Shown: positions 60,801 through 64,000 of the stretch, piece after piece
Position numbering within the stretch: position 1 is the first letter of the stretch
Layout of the letters: every line of letters starts with the position of its first letter
IMG/VR virus record: IMGVR_UViG_3300025449_000010
Location: 8,068-72,067 of that record
DNA from: a virus
Length of the DNA: 64,000 nt
Strand: one strand, 5' to 3'
Translations under genes and position numbers: made by a program
Notes under the pieces: model-generated
Seen by the model: the letters and a program-made list of their open reading frames with translations, nothing else
What the model was told of the DNA's origin: nothing
Database searches by the model: none

Positions 60801-63800
60801 ATGACAGTAGGATCTCCAATTGGATTTGATCTTGCTCATCCAGAGCAGGGTGCACTAGGACTGGGAATAATCTACTCTCCACAGAGTAATAACTATCTCA
60901 ACTATATGGCAGATCTTACGCAAGTATTGACTACTATCGATACAAGCGTATCTGCTTTTGCTGCTCTATCTATTATCTTCAGGCTACCATCACAGGAATA
61001 CAGTATTTTACAAAAAGTAAATAATGCAACTAGGGTTCTCTTTGAATTACCAACCTTTGTATTAATAGGTGGTTTAAAGATGACAACTATTCCTGCTAAA
61101 AGTCTTATTAAAGCCATGGTAGGTTTAATAGATAAATTCAATCCTAATAAATTAAATAATATAAAAGATGATGAACTCGCTAATCAGTCTGTAATCGATA
61201 GAGCTTCTATAAATTTAATAAAAAAATTACCAAGCTGGTTAAAAACAAGTGCTGCATTAGAAACAGGTGCCATAGCGGCTTGGTCTATTCTATCTACTGA
61301 TGAACGTTTTGGTTTTGCTACAGGAATGCATCTAGATACTGTAAATATCAATGATCCAAAACAAGCTGCACCTGATACATATACTTGGTATTTAAGAGGA
61401 ACTACGTTCATAGCAAGCGTATTAACTTGGTATATAGCCGGTAACTTTAAAAGTATGTCCGAGTTTGAAGATAGATATCGGCTTGCTAGTGACCGCATAG
61501 GTTTTTTAGAAAACAAAATTGAAGAAACGAGAAAAATAAAAAATGATGTTTCCTCAGCAGCACCCAGTACCGTTTGGCAAAAATTTAAAAAACGGGTAGA
61601 ACCTATATATGATGAATTAAAACTGTTTTACTGGAAAAATACCTTAGCTAACTTAAGTTTTGCTGGTAAAAGAGTAGAAGAAGTAAATGCAGAAGCAGTA
61701 AGTTCCAATCTAAATGCCTCCAGAGCAGAAATAAAAGAATCAGAAAATCTAAAAAGACCCATATTCAGTAAATTAAAATACTTTACTGAAATATCTGGTC
61801 AACAACAAAAAATATTCAGATTTTTTAAAACTCAAATAATTATAAGTACTGCAGTTGCTGCAATAGCTTATTCATTTAATCAGGGACATGCTGGCAATAT
61901 AGAGGAGTTTTATCACAAAGTAAGAGAAGGAATTAGTGCAATATTACCAGGTTCTAGAGGTAAAAAAACATTAGGAGATTTAGTTGTAGATACCTATAAA
62001 TTAAATAACTGGTTTTCTTCAGATAATAATGGCTATACAGGTATTACTTCAGCATCTGTTGATATTAAAAATGGTTCTATCGTATATGAAAAATTACAAT
62101 ATAAATCTGGCAGTGATTATAGAAATATAAATTCTAGTCAGTTAGTGCAGTCTGCTCCTACAGTAGCAAAGAATTTTGATAGCACCACTAGTAATTTAAA
62201 AAAAATAAATGGAGAAATACAGGTAGCAAGAGCACATAAAAAAGATAATTTAGCAGACATTCTAAGTGATATTAATTCAATAAGTGCAAGAGCTCCCTAC
62301 ATACCTATACCCTTAGTTGGAGGTATTAAGATAACTAGCTCTGAAATACCTAACAGCCATAACTCTTTCTATATACAGTTTCAATCTCCTGGAATAGATC
62401 TAAGCATGTCTGAGTACTCTACAGATTCTAAGTTTTTCTTTGAACAGGCAGCCCAGGGTAGAGATGATATAGAAAACATGTTAAGAGAAATAAGACAAAA
62501 TTCTAACGGAGATCAAGATAGCTTAGGAACTTACATTAAATATATAACAGCATCTCTACCAACTAGAAATAGAGCACGTGCTGTTCAAATACCCTTATCC
62601 AGAGAAACTAAAAATCTAATCAATCAAAGTAGTATATCCAGATCTGCAAGCATGGATAAATTAGCTCGCTTGCAGGTTCTGTCTTATCAGACTCCCAGAC
62701 AAATGGCAGCTAATAGACTTAGAAGACAGTTGGAAAAATTAAACTATGAACAGATACTGCAAATTATTAAAAACACATCTAATAAAGATAGTGAAAAAAA
62801 TGGTGACCCTAACCTATATAACAGCAACTTAGAAATGAATATGAACCGTATTAGTATTAACAATGCGGTTGATTTCTATATGAATCATAATACAAATGAA
62901 AATGTAGCTAATTTTTTAAGTAAATTTTCTCAGGGCTCTGTAAATACAGATGTGATGGATGACAACGAAAATATATATAAATCAGCTGAATTAAATAGTA
63001 GTGATCAACCTAACTGGCTTAGTAATCTTGGCGGTAAATTAGGCAATGCTACCGATATAATAACAGGCTTACCAGTTATAGGTTACTACGCAGGACTGGC
63101 TATAAAAGCTACATTAGCCATAACAGGAATATATGGAATATTTGCAACATTCGGACTATTTAAGCATTTAAACAGTTATACCGCTGCAACACAAATACAT
63201 TCTAAATTGTCTTTCTACTATAGAGAACCTAATACTATTCCAGAAATGACTGTTGGATTTACAAAAGTCATTGCAGATGAAAAAATTAGTGTGAATAAAT
63301 TAAAGTGGACAATTAGGGCTGATGGTAAGTATTATGAAATAAGCGGCGGTAGTACTACTTTAAATATAGGAGATAAAAAAATAATTGATCGTTTAAATAC
63401 TTTCAATGAGCAATTAAAAGGCGCTAGTCAAGAAATAAATACTTTAAAAAAACAATTTGCTAAAGACAAAATTGGAATATTTAATAATCAAGGAGCAATT
63501 AAAAATAATAGATTTAAAGCAGATTCTGTATTTGATATAGACAGCGACGACAAAGTTCAAGGTATAAAGGAATTTAAAATTAAAGCAGTAAGATCTAGTA
63601 ATGACTCAATTAATCCAAATGCTCTTTGGATAGAAAAAGATCAAAACGGTAACGATGTTCAATATTACATTACAACCGATGGAAATGTAGCTCCTGAAAC
63701 TGATAGTGCCACAATACATAGAAGTAGAAGAGGATTTAATATTCATCTTGAAAATTCTTTAATGGATCCTTATGAAAAACTATTGGATACTCTTGCTGAT

Positions 63801-64000
63801 AAACTTTTTAAAGACAATGAAGAAACAGTTCATAGTCTACTATATGGAGATGGAAAAAGAAATGACTCAGGAGAATTAATAGATAACGGTAAAGAAAATT
63901 TTAAAACTATATGGAAAGATAAAATTAGAAATGAGGTTAAAAAAGTATTAGAAAAAGAATTTCCAAAATTAAAAATATTAAACTTAGATACTGAAAATAT
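57888..64000 (+). CDS. Giant (>2037 aa, 3'-truncated) protein with several hydrophobic segments; tape-measure- or ejection-protein-like
   Basis: ATG overlaps the upstream TAA (TAATG); MDNYHPLIGS... The frame is still open at the edge (..FPKLKILNLDTEN) and no stop-terminated ORF is listed in this frame. TM-like stretches include KFIVLGGIASFLVS, IAGIGVTLAAGYVA and YAGLAAIGVSWLI. Confidence 0.85.
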   Translation, partial: MDNYHPLIGSTNSGGGNWNIFANTEWDDFKDSSINKTIALSSSVQESYFYGLNIRNISMRYSRQNYRRLSGTTEGTATALYRMTESQMDRLTSKGAVPLPVSYFDMVTTTPGLGSYINEWAISTGISSGPLLSGKHSFMASMFAGIGGAIDSSFGFNKQTNTDPYFQDSYRVNQTDAYKMQKDGPTATVLGNIYQFAESATYSVISYLAIAYPLATVSDKIITNFTEGLLTKSIQNKDGFSAVIRKISGISKEYDKLDPTDIDFYKKLKAGIESSDIDPYYFHNQVVRKSASDMWSGTLDLITYIASPFKVGSEGHRSMQQAGQAVGEELASVTKLVLDDRTKTIALENTGFTRARRLAKKLDNFLEYIPLNPLLWSWGGINPNQATIHDGFTSLKDAISLSGALDIWKKFYDDGRIQDAKAEASRGLAKPVTYSFKLAYVLSKNFIKELFSDFHQQVVSDEFYKHPIIKKEDIENKSEELKVEYTKNNPNSPLPPDEQFQNEAKNELELIADNKLAIGKINFRSFFTKSANYLYGRTKQLMNSPAKTLQVNNQGHLIINLIDKDGNINEEKLEEFKTYIEEISPVQKRIERQINKRQSAVLAQKNQYIEYESANISAQNNKNIWSSKLGKFIVLGGIASFLVSRAASDLFSVNIHASQLTQMLESATGRKEYHNLLTQGQNVDIEANNIVDLSDILLIGQSTGVFGQGIGIGSHSGESKKEYEQRYSDTVLKLHTIQSIAGIGVTLAAGYVAGRRAGRGDLEITVNLGEETSEAYKGIKSLLDKSGMALEGNTIRIAGGRKLGLNLKYAGLAAIGVSWLIPNAINYTFSRLRSTSRFVKGLFGLGPSSSTRKYLNMNADASSYLEGYFSNIKAQVMMGKSPSKSSLESALMARLVSKSLDIYNRPDEQVINTAEGNIVTPVQTAGNLAFQSQMPILTPQTDVENIKQAGNKTGQYFISEGFRGPMLLGYNMTVGSPIGFDLAHPEQGALGLGIIYSPQSNNYLNYMADLTQVLTTIDTSVSAFAALSIIFRLPSQEYSILQKVNNATRVLFELPTFVLIGGLKMTTIPAKSLIKAMVGLIDKFNPNKLNNIKDDELANQSVIDRASINLIKKLPSWLKTSAALETGAIAAWSILSTDERFGFATGMHLDTVNINDPKQAAPDTYTWYLRGTTFIASVLTWYIAGNFKSMSEFEDRYRLASDRIGFLENKIEETRKIKNDVSSAAPSTVWQKFKKRVEPIYDELKLFYWKNTLANLSFAGKRVEEVNAEAVSSNLNASRAEIKESENLKRPIFSKLKYFTEISGQQQKIFRFFKTQIIISTAVAAIAYSFNQGHAGNIEEFYHKVREGISAILPGSRGKKTLGDLVVDTYKLNNWFSSDNNGYTGITSASVDIKNGSIVYEKLQYKSGSDYRNINSSQLVQSAPTVAKNFDSTTSNLKKINGEIQVARAHKKDNLADILSDINSISARAPYIPIPLVGGIKITSSEIPNSHNSFYIQFQSPGIDLSMSEYSTDSKFFFEQAAQGRDDIENMLREIRQNSNGDQDSLGTYIKYITASLPTRNRARAVQIPLSRETKNLINQSSISRSASMDKLARLQVLSYQTPRQMAANRLRRQLEKLNYEQILQIIKNTSNKDSEKNGDPNLYNSNLEMNMNRISINNAVDFYMNHNTNENVANFLSKFSQGSVNTDVMDDNENIYKSAELNSSDQPNWLSNLGGKLGNATDIITGLPVIGYYAGLAIKATLAITGIYGIFATFGLFKHLNSYTAATQIHSKLSFYYREPNTIPEMTVGFTKVIADEKISVNKLKWTIRADGKYYEISGGSTTLNIGDKKIIDRLNTFNEQLKGASQEINTLKKQFAKDKIGIFNNQGAIKNNRFKADSVFDIDSDDKVQGIKEFKIKAVRSSNDSINPNALWIEKDQNGNDVQYYITTDGNVAPETDSATIHRSRRGFNIHLENSLMDPYEKLLDTLADKLFKDNEETVHSLLYGDGKRNDSGELIDNGKENFKTIWKDKIRNEVKKVLEKEFPKLKILNLDTEN

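Noticed and set aside
7741-61516. Many short antisense/overlapping ORFs in the track (e.g. 11142..11870-, 57115..57720-, 55686..56138-)
   Set aside because: They are shadows of longer motif-bearing genes on the opposite strand or in another frame, with no recognisable motifs.

Overview
The window is the virion-morphogenesis region of a large contractile-tailed (myovirus-type) phage that also carries a complete iteron-type plasmid replicon, so it is probably a phage-plasmid. The host is probably cyanobacterial, inferred only from the ParA/partner family. Order: (i) a >2350-aa minus-strand ORF running off the left edge, absent from the ORF track, with two PLD-type motifs, a PD-(D/E)xK-type motif and a possible divergent RNA-polymerase beta-like barrel; (ii) tail-chaperone pair with a -1 frameshift signal, portal, a Dps + SWIM insert, two tandem Mu-type prohead proteases (one ending in a HiPIP-like 4-Cys domain), capsid and neck genes; (iii) sheath, tube, hub, spike/cell-wall hydrolase cluster, baseplate, a flavin monooxygenase-like gene and DUF4815-type proteins; (iv) an AT-rich replicon island (long hairpin, AT-rich repeats, 22-bp iterons, ~180-bp repeats, TrfA-like Rep, ParA, partner); (v) more structural genes, an intein-containing terminase, and a second >2000-aa ORF running off the right edge. 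The octamer GGCGGCRC/GYGCCGCC occurs at least 53 times (counted by eye), on both strands and in several reading frames. All family calls come from motif recognition by eye, not from database searches.
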